A stretch of DNA of 64,000 nucleotides from an uncultured Eubacteriales bacterium (GTDB lineage Bacteria > Bacillota > Clostridia > Christensenellales > CAG-917). Shown in pieces: positions 28,100-41,300 of the stretch. The position numbers and the translations under genes were made by a program. Numbering within the stretch: position 1 is the first letter of the stretch; the number at the start of each line of letters is the position of its first letter. Below the pieces are notes generated by a model. The model had not been told where the DNA came from. It did not search any database and saw only the letters and a program-made list of their open reading frames with translations. The DNA lies in assembly GCA_900322215.1 (NCBI GenBank), contig ONYW01000003.1:9199-73198 (forward strand), given 5' to 3'.

Positions 28100-28975
28100 T
28101 TAGTCCGCGTAAATCAAAATCGCGGTAATCCTAACCGGAACCCTCGTATAATCGGGTTCCTTTTCTCTTTCGTATTTGTCTTTTGCAGAGTTGAATGTTC
28201 CTTCTGCCGTGTTGCGCGTGCTGGTCGCTGCGTCAAAGGTCGTTTGAGCCGCCGCTTTGTCCTCCGCGGACGCCGAAGAATCGGACATAATCGCTTGATA
28301 CGCTTCCTTCGCCGCATTGAACGCGTCGACCGCTTTCTGCCACATCTTTTCCGCGATGCTAAGCTCTCGTTTTGCAGGATCGTAGCAGTTGTTGCTTATG
28401 CGAAAAACAATATATTGTCCCTCTTCGAGATGGTATCTCTTTTGAGAGGCTTCGCCCTTTTTGCCCCAACTCTTCAAATACATTTCCTGCCATTTGTCCG
28501 CTTTTCCGGGTACGTGAAAGGAAACCTCTGCAACCGCATCGGCAATAGCAGGCTCGTCACATTCGTCAGCAGAGTAATCTCCGTCCTCTCCCGCGTAGAT
28601 TTTTGTCGGGAGATCGTCTTCGTCCATGACGAAGACTTTGACGTTGACGTCGGCTTCCACCGTAGAATCAAAGAATATTGCGATTTCTCCGACCGAAAGG
28701 GCTTCTTCCGATTTGATGAATATATAGGTATATTCTCTGCGCTCTTCCTCCGAAAGCGGAGAAATGAGATCGTTGACCGCCTCGTCGCTGTAGAAATCCT
28801 CCATACTGTAGTCGTATGTATCGGACTCCGTGTCGACGAGACGAATCAAAGAATAATTTTCTCTATAATCATCATCGTTTTCAGTCCCTTCTCCGAGATT
28901 GTAACAAGCCGTTAAACTGAACGTACAAAGGATAATCGTAATTAATAGAAAGATAACTTTCTTATTAATACGCAT
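28100..28975 (-). CDS. Lipoprotein of unknown function within the T4SS-like operon
   Basis: Lipobox SLTAC; acidic body; C-terminal Ala/Lys-rich coiled-coil; start overlaps the pilin gene. Confidence 0.8.
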   Translation of the reverse strand: MRINKKVIFLLITIILCTFSLTACYNLGEGTENDDDYRENYSLIRLVDTESDTYDYSMEDFYSDEAVNDLISPLSEEERREYTYIFIKSEEALSVGEIAIFFDSTVEADVNVKVFVMDEDDLPTKIYAGEDGDYSADECDEPAIADAVAEVSFHVPGKADKWQEMYLKSWGKKGEASQKRYHLEEGQYIVFRISNNCYDPAKRELSIAEKMWQKAVDAFNAAKEAYQAIMSDSSASAEDKAAAQTTFDAATSTRNTAEGTFNSAKDKYEREKEPDYTRVPVRITAILIYAD

Positions 28976-29264
28976 ATCCTTGCCACCAATCCGTGAAGAT
29001 CGTGATGCCGACTTGGAGCATGATGAGCAATACGAAGATCAGCACGAAGCCGACGATAGCGTGTTGAAGTGATTTTTTTGCATTTTCATGCTCTTGTGGT
29101 TCGCTGGCGCGCGCATATTTTACGCCGAGCAAAATGCAGAAGATCGCTCCCACTGCGCCGACGACTGCGAGCAATGCAGGAACTAAGATCTTGCACACTT
29201 CAATGATTGGGTTGATGATTTTTGTCATTTCCGCAGAAGTGATGCCGATAAGTGTTTGAAACAT
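28965..29264 (-). CDS. VirB2/TrbC-like pilin-sized membrane protein
   Basis: 99 aa; two hydrophobic helices separated by GVKYARASEPQEHENAKKSLQHAIVG; first gene of the VirB6-VirB4 operon; RBS AAGGAAGG. Confidence 0.7.
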   Translation of the reverse strand: MFQTLIGITSAEMTKIINPIIEVCKILVPALLAVVGAVGAIFCILLGVKYARASEPQEHENAKKSLQHAIVGFVLIFVLLIMLQVGITIFTDWWQGYAY

Positions 29265-29306
29265 AGTTCTTACCTTCCTTTTAAAGAATTTTTGTTATTT
29301 AATGTC

Positions 29307-29340
29307 ATTATAATACACGAGGTATTACAAATCTATTACA
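29307..29340 (-). promoter_or_regulatory. Promoter of the pilin operon with tandem TGTAAT-N5-TGTAAT box
   Basis: Minus strand TGTAATAGATTTGTAATA (29340-29323), 10 nt, TATAAT (29312-29307). Same layout as at 50345-50378. Confidence 0.7.
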
Positions 29341-29368
29341 CATTTTAATCCCCGAAGGGGTGTTTTTG

Positions 29369-32300
29369 TTATACTTTGCGACGCTTACGAAGCAGCAAGA
29401 CGACAAACAAACCGATTGAGACGAGCAAGCAAACGACGATTATCGTTATCGTTGTGGCGACGTTTGCGGTGTATTGTCTCGTAAATTCAAAGACTTTTTC
29501 GTTGCCTGCCGCGTTTGTGATGACGATCTTATACTCGCCTTTTTCCTTGATTTCGGGGAGCTTCATCGATTCGGACGTAACGACGACCGTTTGTGTGAGG
29601 TTGCCGTTCTTATACACCTGAATGACGTCGCCGACCTGGCAATCCGTCAAAGTGACGTTCTCTATCGTAGAACCGCCGTTTTCAACACCGCTTAGTTGCG
29701 CCTTCGGGATGGTCTTGTCGATGGCGATTTCAAACGAGAATTGCGCCGACGACACCATAGAAGATACCGTGACGAGATACAAACCTCTTTCGTCAAAGAT
29801 CATCTTTGAATTGTTGGCGTATTGCGTGACGTTGTTCATATACGAGATAAGCACACCGTCGCCCGCGTCGTATTGCACGTTTGTGATCTTGTAGGTGTAC
29901 GGAGAGACGTATTCAAAGCGGGATATCTCGTGCGTTACGACGTAGAAGTAGAAGTACGTCTTGTTGCCGATATCGTCGGAGATGAGGAATTCCCATTTGC
30001 CCGTTTCGCCAAAGCCGATCGCTTGAGACGGATCGTATTCCACACCGTTGAGGACGATGAGGTCTATCTTTGAAGAATCCTTGTTGACTGTCACGAATCT
30101 CGCGCTTCCCTGCGTGATGACTCCGCCGTTTTCTACAGGTCTGTCATTGTAGCCGTTTATGAACGCAAATTCTACGAGAGTGTCCTTTTTGACCATTGTC
30201 GTGAAGATGTTGCCCGCAACGTCGGTGATATAGAAGCGATACGTGCCGTCCGCAGTCATGACGTCGCCGGACTTGTACGGCATTCTCTCTCCGCCGCTGA
30301 GCGAGACTTCACATTTTACGGACGAATCGAATTCGATCTTCACGTTGTCCTGCGTCATCACGACGTCGTTTATCGTGACTATCTTCATGAAGGACGCCAA
30401 ATCGATATCGAGCGTCTTGCGGACGAGGTTGACTTCAAACTCATATTCAAAGCCGTATTCGTCGACGTAAGTCACGACGCTGACGTATTCGCCCGCTTCT
30501 TCTCCGTCCGCCGGGTAGGCAACGACGAGAGGCATATCTGCCCTGTTGCCGTCAATGCGGATCTCGTAGCTTCTTGCGATCGTTTCAAACGTCACGTTGA
30601 AGTTGGAATACACTTTGTTTTGTTCGCCCGCGACGATTTGTATCGGTTCGGGATCTCTCGACGTGCGGATAGTACGGCTCACCGAGATCGTATCCGTGCC
30701 TCTATAATGCAGGAGCGTTTGCGTGACGTTGCCGTATTCGTTTCTCATCTTGAGAATATACACGCCGTCGCCGAGGCTTCCGATGACGTCGGTCAAGAGT
30801 TCGGGCACAAGTCCCGTGCCGTTGCTCTTCAACACGTCGTATGCGACGATTTGTTGCTCGCCGTATTGTACGATCGCTTGAAGAATACCGTCGTTTATCA
30901 TCTTTGTCGCATCAATGGAGAGTTTCTTGTTTGTATAGCCTTCCGCAAGTTTCAACGCCTTTTCGTTGTAGCCCGTCAGGTAGTCGTGTTTGAAGGTGAA
31001 CGACTGACTTGCTATCTCAAAACTGAGTTCTACGACGTTGCCGAACTCGTCCGTGATAACGATCTCGTACATTCCCTCTTCCTTCCAGGCGAGAGAGCAA
31101 ACGCCGGACGCGTCGTGGAGGTGAATTTGTTCTCCGCGGACGCCGTTGCGAGTGAGCACGTAGGTGATGTCTTCAAAGTAGATATCGATAGTAACGCTTT
31201 CGTTCGCCTTGAAGCTGCGCTTTGTCGAAGCGGAATACGTGTTGCTCGTTCCGTCCGTATACTCGGTCGTGACTACCACGCGGAGTTCGCTCGACATGAT
31301 GACGACAAACTTCGCGACTCTACCGTATATGTTCTTTGCGATGACGGAATAGAAGCCTTCCTCCGTCATGAGGATCTTCTTGTAGCCTTCGCTTGGAGTG
31401 TAGACGATTTGATAGTTCTCAAAGTCCGTCGTGTCGGAATGTGCGATTTCAACCGACGTCACGTTTTTGAAGCTTGTCTCGACGATGAAGAATTCGCCGT
31501 TGAGGTATATTATGTTGTCCGTCGACGTAGGCGTTACTTGTTTGCCTTCGTCGCCCGTTATTTCAAACGTAATCTCAGGCAATTCGCCGCATAGGATAGC
31601 CTTGACAAAGTACGGTTGATACTCTTCGCTGTACATGATGCGCATCGTCACGGACGCTTCGCCCTCTTTCGGTGCTTCCACCCTATAATATACGTGACCT
31701 TCCTCGTCTATTCTCACGAGAATGTCGACGCCAACCGTTTCCTCGCTCGTAATTTGATACGTCTTGTTTCTTTCCGCCTTGTTCAAATCCGGAATGATCA
31801 TCGAGGAGTACACTTGTTGATATTGATGAATCACGTTGCCGCTCTCATCGTAGACCACGGTATCTTCGGACAGCGAAAGTTGATATACGACCGAATACAG
31901 CGCGCCGTCGACGACTTCATAGCGGAGATATTGCTTCTTGCCGTTCTTCTCTACCATAAAGACGATGGTTGCGCTTCCGTCGTACTTGACTTCCATGTGG
32001 TCGTACGCATACGCGTCAGGCGGATAGACATATTGACCATCTTCTTCCGAGATAGAGTCCGCCGGGGACAGTTTGAGGCTGAGTTCGCGCTCGTCCACGA
32101 AGAGTTTTGCTCCGTCGGCTTCCTTGTTGACAAACGTAAATTCGCTTTCGTTGCCGAGCGTATCTCTTGCAACGACGCGGTACGTGCCAAAGCGGTTGAC
32201 CGTCACGTTGCTGACGCCTCCGCTCTCGGAGAAACTGCGAATGAGCACGTCGTCGACGTATACGTCTACTTCACTGCAGATAGAATCGTCGGTAAATTGC

Positions 32301-35300
32301 AAAGTGATGATCGGCGAATACACCGTCGAGTTGTTGCGGACTGCCTTGGAGATCGTCTTGCTCACGAAGAAGAACTCGCTGTTTGGCGTGAGATACTTGT
32401 TGCCTTGCTCGTCCTCCGTGATGAGCGTAGAATCGACGATACCCTTGTTTGCGTTGTCGACTTGTTGTGCGTCGACGTACCTTACTATATCCTGTCTTGC
32501 CGTCACGTTGATGATAGGCGCGGTAAGGTCGACCAAGCAGTGGTAGATGACGTAGATTTCAGGGAATTTCGCATAGCGAACGGTGAGCGTCCAGTCGATC
32601 GCTTCGTTGATTCTGACGCGAGTACGGTCGCTGAAATCCGTCTTTCTGTACGTGACGTTCGACTCGGAGAACTGGAACTCATAGTCCGCGTTCGTATCGA
32701 ATGTGAACATGAGCGGTTTGTTGGTGACGATTTGATATTCTCTCTCGCCCATCTTCGAGATCTTCAAATTGGTTTGAGTGCCGTCGTACGGAACGTCCTG
32801 TCCGCCCTCGTTCAAATCGTACCAGAACCATTCGAGTTGCGGTTGTTCGCGCTTGAGTTCGTAGTCGTAGGAGAACGTGTTGCCAAACCAGTCTTCGATG
32901 CGTATAGAGTACACGCCCGCTTGATAGTAGGTCACGTTGTTCACGTAGTTGGATTCGATAAGTTTGCCGTCAAGATAGATTTCGTACGTCTTGATTTCGG
33001 ACGCGTCGCGGTTGCATTGAATGCGGATATTGCGGTTTTCTTCCACGAGGACCTTGACGGTCATCGGCGTGGAGTTCATATACATATTGATTCTGTACAT
33101 GTTGCCGCTTCTGTCCGCGACTTCGACGTAGTATTGTCCCTCGGAAATTTCGATGCCGTATGTCGGGATATCCTCTATACGGTAGACGCTTTCGAGCACG
33201 CCGTTCTTTCTGAACACCGCGATATACGCCATATTGTCGATTTCCGCTATCTTATCGCTGAAGCCCTTGATGGTGAGCGACTTGCCGTTTCTTGACGAGC
33301 CGTCCAAAGACGCGTCGAGTTCGCCGAGAATGCTCTCGCCCTTTGCGTTTTCATAGACGACTTCGATGGTCGGAGCGGTCTTGTCAAGGTACACCTTGAA
33401 ATCGCGGACGCCGTTTGCGTCGCATTCACGGATCCAATAGGTGCCGCTGTCGATGTTAAGGCTGCCGAACACGGTGCCTTCCGGCAAGAGTTTGTATTCT
33501 TTTGCGATAGCCTTTCCGTCCGCGCCGATTTGGTTTGTATAGAATATCTTTGTAAAGTTGCTATATTCAAAACGGTAAGTCGTAACAAGCGAACAGACTT
33601 CTCCGGAAGGCGTTGTTATCTCGCTGTTGTAGATGTCCGGATCGCCCGAGAACGCTACCGCGCTACGCATTTCGTTGCCGGAGAGCGTGAGGTATGATCT
33701 GAGTGCCGACGTTACGACCTGCTCTTTTCTGAGTCTCGGAGAGCCGTTTTCGTCAAGACCGTCGTCATAGCTCGTGAGGTATCTGTACGTTCCGCGGTCA
33801 ACGATCGTCGTGGTGACTTGACCGATTGCGTCGGACAAACTGCTTGGCAAGCGTTCGGGATCTATCTCGGAACTCGTGCCGAGGAAATAGTACACCCAGT
33901 CGCTCGGTTGCGTGGAGTTGTTCCAGGTGGCGCGCTTGTAGCGCACCCAGTATTGACCGACAGACGCCTGAATCGGTGCGTCCGCTGCCGCTTTCAAATA
34001 GCTGCCGTCGCCGGAGTTAAGCGATGTTGCCATACCCGGAGTGCCGATGTAGAGCACGCCGAGGTCCTGCATCTCGTAGAATCTGACGTATTCGATAGCC
34101 TTGTCGCGGGACGAGAAGGACATGACGTCTGCGATACCGCTCTTTTCCGCGCCGACATTTGAATAGTTGAGTTGAGATACACGGCCGTTTGCGTGGTAGT
34201 AGAACACCGCCGTGTCAAGTTGATACACCTTGTTGATAAACAAAGTACCGCTCTGCGTAGCCTTGTAGTTGGCGGTTTCCGCAACATCCGCGCCGAGCGT
34301 CAGGTAGAACGCGACGTCTTCGGAGGTCTGAATCGAACGGTTGGCTTCCATACCGGAGATCGCGATGAAGTTGATGCGGATATATCCGACGAGGTCTTGT
34401 TTGAAGACGACGTGGACTCCGTCGGCGTCGGACGACGAGTTGTCCATGTCAACGTATTGTTCGATACCGCTGTTGTCGATTCTCGTGCCCTCTTCGGTGT
34501 ATGCGACGATCTTCTTGTCGCCGATATACAGCTCGCGAATATCGTATTCGTCCGCCTGTCTCGAGAAGGTGAAGTGGAACTTTGGCAACGTGCCCGCCGT
34601 ACTGAAGACGGGAGTGCCGTCCGCGTTGAAGAATTCGGTCTTTTCGCAGGACATAGTCACGCCCACTTCGGAACGTGCGTCGAAGTTGACGTTGGTCGGA
34701 CAGTAGGTGTAGTTGGTGATACTCGCGACGTTTCCGAGCGAGTCCACCGCATAAAACGCAAGAGTTACGTCCTTTTGGTCTTCCTTGCTTATGCCGAGGT
34801 CGGCATAAGTGAGGAGGAAGGAAACGCGGTTGTTTTCGGGGATGTTGAACTTGTTGAGTTTTTCGTCTCTACCCGCTTCGTACAAGAGAAGCGTCTTAGA
34901 AGCGGACTCGCCTCTGAAGAGATAGTAGGCATAGATTTGCACGATGCCGGAAGAGGCGTTGCCTCTCGGTTCGTCGTTGACATAGAAGGTGACGTTGCGC
35001 TCTTTGAGTGCTTTTGTCGCTTCCTCCACCATGAGTCCCGTAATCGACGGTGCGGAGTTGTCGAAGAGGAAAGGACCGAAGGTTTGCGTGGAGACCTTGC
35101 CGTATACGCTCTTCATATAGACGTGCAGATAGTACGTGCCCGAAAAGCCGTTTGCCTGTAGTCTCACGACTTGCGAGGTGCTTGTCAAGACTTCTTTGTT
35201 CGTATAGATAGCCGGTGCTTCGGGTTCTACCGTCCAAGCGTATTCCATAACAGCGCCCTTCGTCGTCTTGCTGACCGCGATAGGCACAGTCGTGGATTTT

Positions 35301-38300
35301 ATCGGAGCGGCGGGGATGGTATATGTGGAATCGATGTCCATTTTTGGCGTTCTCGTATCGAGCGCGCAGGTCGAATCCCATTCGGAATTGCGCGGGAGCG
35401 AAACGCCGTTCGTACCGACTTTGTTGTTGAGTTTGGACTCGTTGTAGGCGTAGTCGCAAATAGAATCGAAGTTGGAAACGGAAGCGATCGTGATAGCCTC
35501 CGCGTTGATTTCGACTTTTGACACGGACGGATCGAACTCAAAATAGAGCGTATCCGTGCCTGCGCCGCCCGCATAGGTGAAGTCGATACCCGTAAGCGCG
35601 CCAACGACGTTTGCCGTCACGACAGGGTTTTTGCCCGAAACGTAGACCGGCTCCGAGAAACGCACCGACAAGCGGAGTTTGTCTCCGACGCGGATCGTGT
35701 TGTGGTCGATATGCCAACTTTGAACGGTCGGAGCAGTTGAGTCGATAAGGACTGCGTATGCCGTCGGGTCGTTGATGTTTCTTGCAGGCACGATGTAGTA
35801 TGTGCTTGCTCCGCCTTGGCTGTTGTAGACGACATAACTTCCCTCTTGCTCGAATGCGTTGAAGCGGAGGCTTCCCTTCGAGCCTGTCGGCACGAGGAAA
35901 TATCTGCCGGAAATCGCGTCTCCGCGGTTTTCCGACATGACGATAGACGTATTCTTGTCATACGACTCGTTGGACACTTTGAGGTCGCCGTCATAACTGT
36001 GTCCGAAGTGTACGTTCATGTTTTCGTCGATTTCTTTGATGTACACGCGGAAGAGTTGCGAGCCTGTCGTATTGTCCGAGAGCGTGAGTCTGAGGTCGGG
36101 GTAGGTTGACGAATCGTCTGCCGAAAGCGACAATCTCTCGCCGACGTACGCTCTTGCGAGACCGGTGTTTATAAACATGGACATCCAGGTGCTGTCAAGC
36201 GAAAAATCGCTGTTTGCTTCCTGTGTTCTGCCCGTTGATCTTGTGGAGAACAATTTTTCAAATACCACGTTTTGAAGACCTGTTTTCGTACCTGAGAGGT
36301 AAGCCTCGAAGACTTGTATGCCTTCCTTTGACGCGATATTGATTTCTTGCTTGCCGGGGCATGCGCATTCAAGCGTAGCCTTGCCCTTTTCGGCGTTGCC
36401 GACGATTTCGTCGATAAAGAGGTCGAACGTTCTGTTGGCGTATTCGTATGTTGATGTATTGTACGTGGAGAAACCGAGCGGATGCGTTTGAAGAACGACG
36501 ATTTGCTCTCTGTTGTCCGCGGTGAGCGTGACAGTGCCCTCATACGTGTCGTAGTCGCCGAGGGAGGCTATTGCGCTTCTGTCGCGCGTCTTCACCTTCA
36601 CCGTAATCGGATCGACGATTTCGTTTTGAGTGCCGACGTAAACGACGATTCTGCCGCTCTCGTCCGCTTGAGCGACGCCCGTGCTGCTCCTCTCAAGAGG
36701 TCTTAAGTCAATTGCGGCAGGCACGACCGCCTTCTTTGCGATACGGTTGTAGGTCGCTGAGAGTTCGGGATACAGCGTGTAGTAAATTTTGACGGACCAA
36801 CGCTCGGTGGAGTTGACTTTGACGTAGAGATACGTCTTGCCGTCCTCCATCTTCTTCTCTTCCGTCGTATATGTCACGTTGCCCGTAAAGGTGAAGGAGA
36901 AGATGCTCGTCGAATCGACGGAGAACGCGAGTTTGTCGTCGTTTGCGATATAATATGTGTCCGAACGGAACAAACTGACGTCGCCGGCAGGCAATTCGAC
37001 GTATCTATTGTCCGAAGAGATAGAATACCATTTGACTATGTCGCTCGGAACCTTTCTCGTAAGTTCTGCAATAGAGTGAATCATGCCAGTGTCGGGATCG
37101 TTTGCAGGAGAGATAGTATAGCCGTACTTGTCCGTAACGGAGAATTCATAACGACCTGCGTCGGTATACGTAAGTCCGTATGTGCCGTCGTCAAATTGAG
37201 TCGCGACGGTGGCGAAGTCGACTTCTTCTGCCGCATACCCAGGACGGGTGACGATGAGTCTTTCGATTTCGGTTGGCAAACGGTCGGGGATGACGTACTT
37301 CACGTTGTCGTTTTCCGTAATTGTAATAACGGTGTCGAGCACTGTCTTAGCGCGGGAGACCGTCACGGAGAAGCGGTTGCCTGCACGGTCGCAGACTTCG
37401 ACCAAGTATATGCCGTACGGGAGTTCGTAGGACGTATGGTCGCTTAAAGCAAAGCCGTGAACGAACGTCTTTTCGCCGTATGTAAGTTCAAAGATCGCGA
37501 CGTATGCATAAAGGTCCGCGTCTACACCGTCCGAATAAACCTGATAGTTGTCGTTCGGGGTTTTATCTTCGAGATTTCTTATTGTAAAATCGGTTGTGTG
37601 CAAGACGTCGCCGTCGTTTGACTTCGTCCACCAAGCACTGCCGTTTTGACCATCGAGGTCTTTATACTCGATAGAGACGGTCGGAGTGTCCTTGTCGACG
37701 TACACGGCAAAGTCGCGCATACCCTTTTCGTCAAGTTCGCGCACGACGTAGAAGCCGGATTCCGTCACCGATTGAGAAAGATACGGCGTCGTAAGCAGTG
37801 CAAAACTGTCTCTGTATGCGTTCATATCGAGGTTCGGCTTGTCGTCAACCATCTCGGCAGGCGCAAAGTAGATCTTCGTCGAATTGGTATACGTAAATCT
37901 GTAAGACGAGATGAGTTTTGCGTCTTCCTTGCCGTTGTACAAGTCATAATAGATGTCCTTGTCGAAGGTGTAGACAAACTGAGACTCCGTCGCTCCCGTG
38001 TTGACAAAAGTCGTAGTCGGCGCACTCAGCGGATGTTCCACCGTGAACGAGCGCGGAATGCGGATAGGATCGATATATAATGCGCCCGTGTCCGCGTCCA
38101 TACCGGTTGCGGAATTCACGTAGAGATCGGCACCCCTTCCGACGATCTTTGCCGCGACGTTGTCGATAGCCTGTTTGAGGCTTGCGGACAATTCGTTTAC
38201 GTCAATAGAGTCCGGCGTCACGGACGTTCCGCCGTAATAATAGTAGGTCCAGTCGCGTTGCGCCGTGGAGAAATTCCAGGTCGACGCCTTGTATCTTATC

Positions 38301-41300
38301 CAAACTTCGTTGAGAGCAGGTCTTCTGTTTACGCCGCGCTCTATTGTCAGCGTGCCGTTGTTGAAGAGTCTCAAAATGTCGTTCGTGACGCGCACGGGAT
38401 AAAGATCCGAATATTCCATTGCGATGACGTAGTCAAGCGCTTTAAGTTGGTCGGAGAACACCACCGGTTGTTCGGAACCGTTATAGTAAGAACTCGAACT
38501 CGAGCCCATACCCGTGCCGGTACGCGCATAGAAACGCGAGGTGCTGAGTGCGAAAACTTTGTTTTTGATATTGACGCCGACATTGGAGACGGAGTCATAG
38601 TTTTGTCCGACGCTCTCCTCGTTTCCGTTGGTCACGTAGAAGCGTTGCGTGTAGGAGAAGGTCTCTTCCCCTGCGTATTTTGCGTGAGTCGTAAACTCAT
38701 AATAGCCGGGCGTTGTCGCGTCAAACGTGACGAATGCGTCGTTGCCGCCGTTTTGGTCGACGACGACGTTTTCAAAATAAGTTATGCTGTTGTCAGCCGA
38801 CAAGACGATTTTGTCGCCGTCGAAACTGAGCAAAGCGCGGACGTTGTTTTCCATCTTGTGTATGGACGTAAACGCATAGCCGTCAACGGCGTCACTCGCG
38901 CCCGGGTGCCCGATGACGATAGTCTTGCTTCCGCCCGAGATATCCACGACGTAGGCGTCTCCCGCATAGAAGGCAATCTTTTCGCTGGCTTTGTATGGCA
39001 TCAGATAGTTTTCGGTGTCGGAAGGATCGTTGAAAGTGACATATTCGCCGTCAACCTTGACGTACGGTCTGAACAGGACGCGCATATCGAACGACGCCTT
39101 GTCCTCCGTCGAATAGATAGAGGACTGGTTGTTTACGATATCGAGACCCGAGAGCCCGATATAGAAATCGCCGAAGTTCTTCCCGCCTTCTTCTTCCGTC
39201 AAGCCGACGTGTTCTTTTGCCTTTACGGTAAAGGTGAGAACACCGTTTTCAAACGTTGCGCCAAAGCCGTTCGGATCCGAGAAAGTACCGTCGTTGTTGC
39301 GCTCTAAAACCGTGAGCGTCTTCGTCTCGGATTCGGGATCGTCCGCGTCAAAGCGAACTTCTCTGAAGTGTACTTCGATTTTGTTTATTCCTGCCAGTTC
39401 GTCAACGCGAACGGAGACGGTCTTTTGTTGCGCCGAGCCGTCCACCTGTATGTTTTCGAACTTAGGCGCGGAGTTGTCGACCTTGATAGGGCCGTATACG
39501 GTGCGCGTATCATACGCCGACGCGGTGCCGGTTTTTGAATAATTGGTCTTTGCAAGCACGTGCACGTAGTATTTTCCCGAAAGATCTTTAAGGTTTATAT
39601 CAATCGGATCTTTTGTCGAGGACCATATCGGATATGCAGCATCCGCCTTGTACCTGATCGCTTCATTGTACCGTGCCCAGTCTTCGTCGGACATATTGCC
39701 TTGACCGAGATAATAATGATTCGATCCTGAATTAAACCAGTATGCGCGCGCAAGATCCAGTCGCTTGTAGAAATAGTAGGTTTTGCCTTCGACTATATCC
39801 GTATCCGTCGTCTTCACAAACGTCTCGCCGACAAGTTCGAAATAGTTTGCTATATTCTCCTTTTTCGGACTTGCGACTCTGGTATAGTCGAGGTTCGGAG
39901 AGGTGGACACGAGGCAGAACGTGCCGAATATGTTGCCCGAGCCCGACGTTGTGATGGTCGTGGAAAAATCGTTGACGTAGTCGCTCGGAATGTCGTCCGA
40001 CATTTCGACGATAGGAGCCCTGTTGTCAAATGAAAGCGTCATGCTGCTGCGCGTTTGACGCGGAGAGCATTTGTCCGCTTCAAGTGACGCGAGCGTGTTG
40101 TAGTTTTTGCAATAGTTGTTTGAGTCGGATCTGTTTCTGCCGTAGTCGTAGACTTTGTTGAGGTTGGTAAAGCCCTTGACGTCGATACTGCTGATCGTAC
40201 CGAGCAAAGGATTGCCGTTTGTATCGGTTGCGGCATGCGGATCGAACTCGAACACGAGCGTGTCCGTGACAAGACCTTTGATGTGTTGGCCGCTATAATA
40301 GACGTATTTTCCATAATCAACCGCAGGAGAAACGCAGTTGAAAGTTGCATTGTAGCCGTTGAATCCGCCGCTGCCTACGAGCGTCGTGTTGAGTTTTATG
40401 CTGCTGAGATCGCTCTCCATCGCGTTGATAGGCTCGTTGAAACGGACGGAGATGCGGATCTTCTCCCCTTCTTGAATGCTTGATTGGTCGATGTGCCAAC
40501 TCTTGATGTACGGAGAGGTCTCGTCGACGACTATTCCTTGAAGTTTCCATTCGTACGTCTTACGCCAATAGTTTGAACCGCTCAAAAACGTTTCGTATAT
40601 CGTCCCCGACGACAACTTCATAAAGTGGTATTCGGTTGGCCAACTGAGTTTTCCGCTTGACTTGAAATGGTATTCGTCGCTTGCAAAGGACTCGTTTTTG
40701 TGCACCATATCGCCGTACGATTTGCCGAATACCAGCGTGTTCTCATCGATATGGCGGAGTTCTATCGTATAAAGTTGCGTGCCCGCCGTCGAGCCGTCAT
40801 AGATTTTGAGGGTGCAGGTACTCGTCATCGTGACGCCGCTTTCATCAAGTTTCAGCTGTCCGCCGATATACAAATTGCCGAGCCCGGTGTTTATGTATTC
40901 TCTTTGCAGGTCGGAATATCCGCCGTATGAGCCCATCGTTGAGTTTATGAATGATTGAGACGCAGTGAGCGTCTGTCCGGCTTTGTCTTCCGAATAAATC
41001 TCGAGGTTACTGTATGTATCGATAGTTGAACCAACGTATCCGTGGAAGAAAGTGTGGTTCTGCCCGTTGAACAACTGATTGTCCAAATTGTTATAAATAT
41101 ATGATTTTACGTCGGTTGAACGGACTTTGACTTTCACGGCTTTTGCGTTTTCCTGAACGGACAAGTTGTCCGTCAACACGTCGTACAGTTCGACGTAGAA
41201 ATACGGCCAAAAAGCCTGGTCTTGTTGACTATTGCTGCCGATGACAAGTCTCTCGCGGTTTTTGTTGATCGATATCGTGACTGTGTCGTAGTAGATAACT

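Noticed and set aside
35915-35935. RGD motif in the 4102-aa protein as an integrin ligand
   Set aside because: A single tripeptide in 4,100 aa is expected by chance, and it is not conserved in the duplicated module.
29376-41000. Long plus-strand ORFs (for example 31616..33295, 34172..35161, 38258..39307)
   Set aside because: Antisense shadows of the 4102-aa gene caused by codon bias; no motifs. The same applies to 11062..12546, 45273..46595 and similar ORFs.
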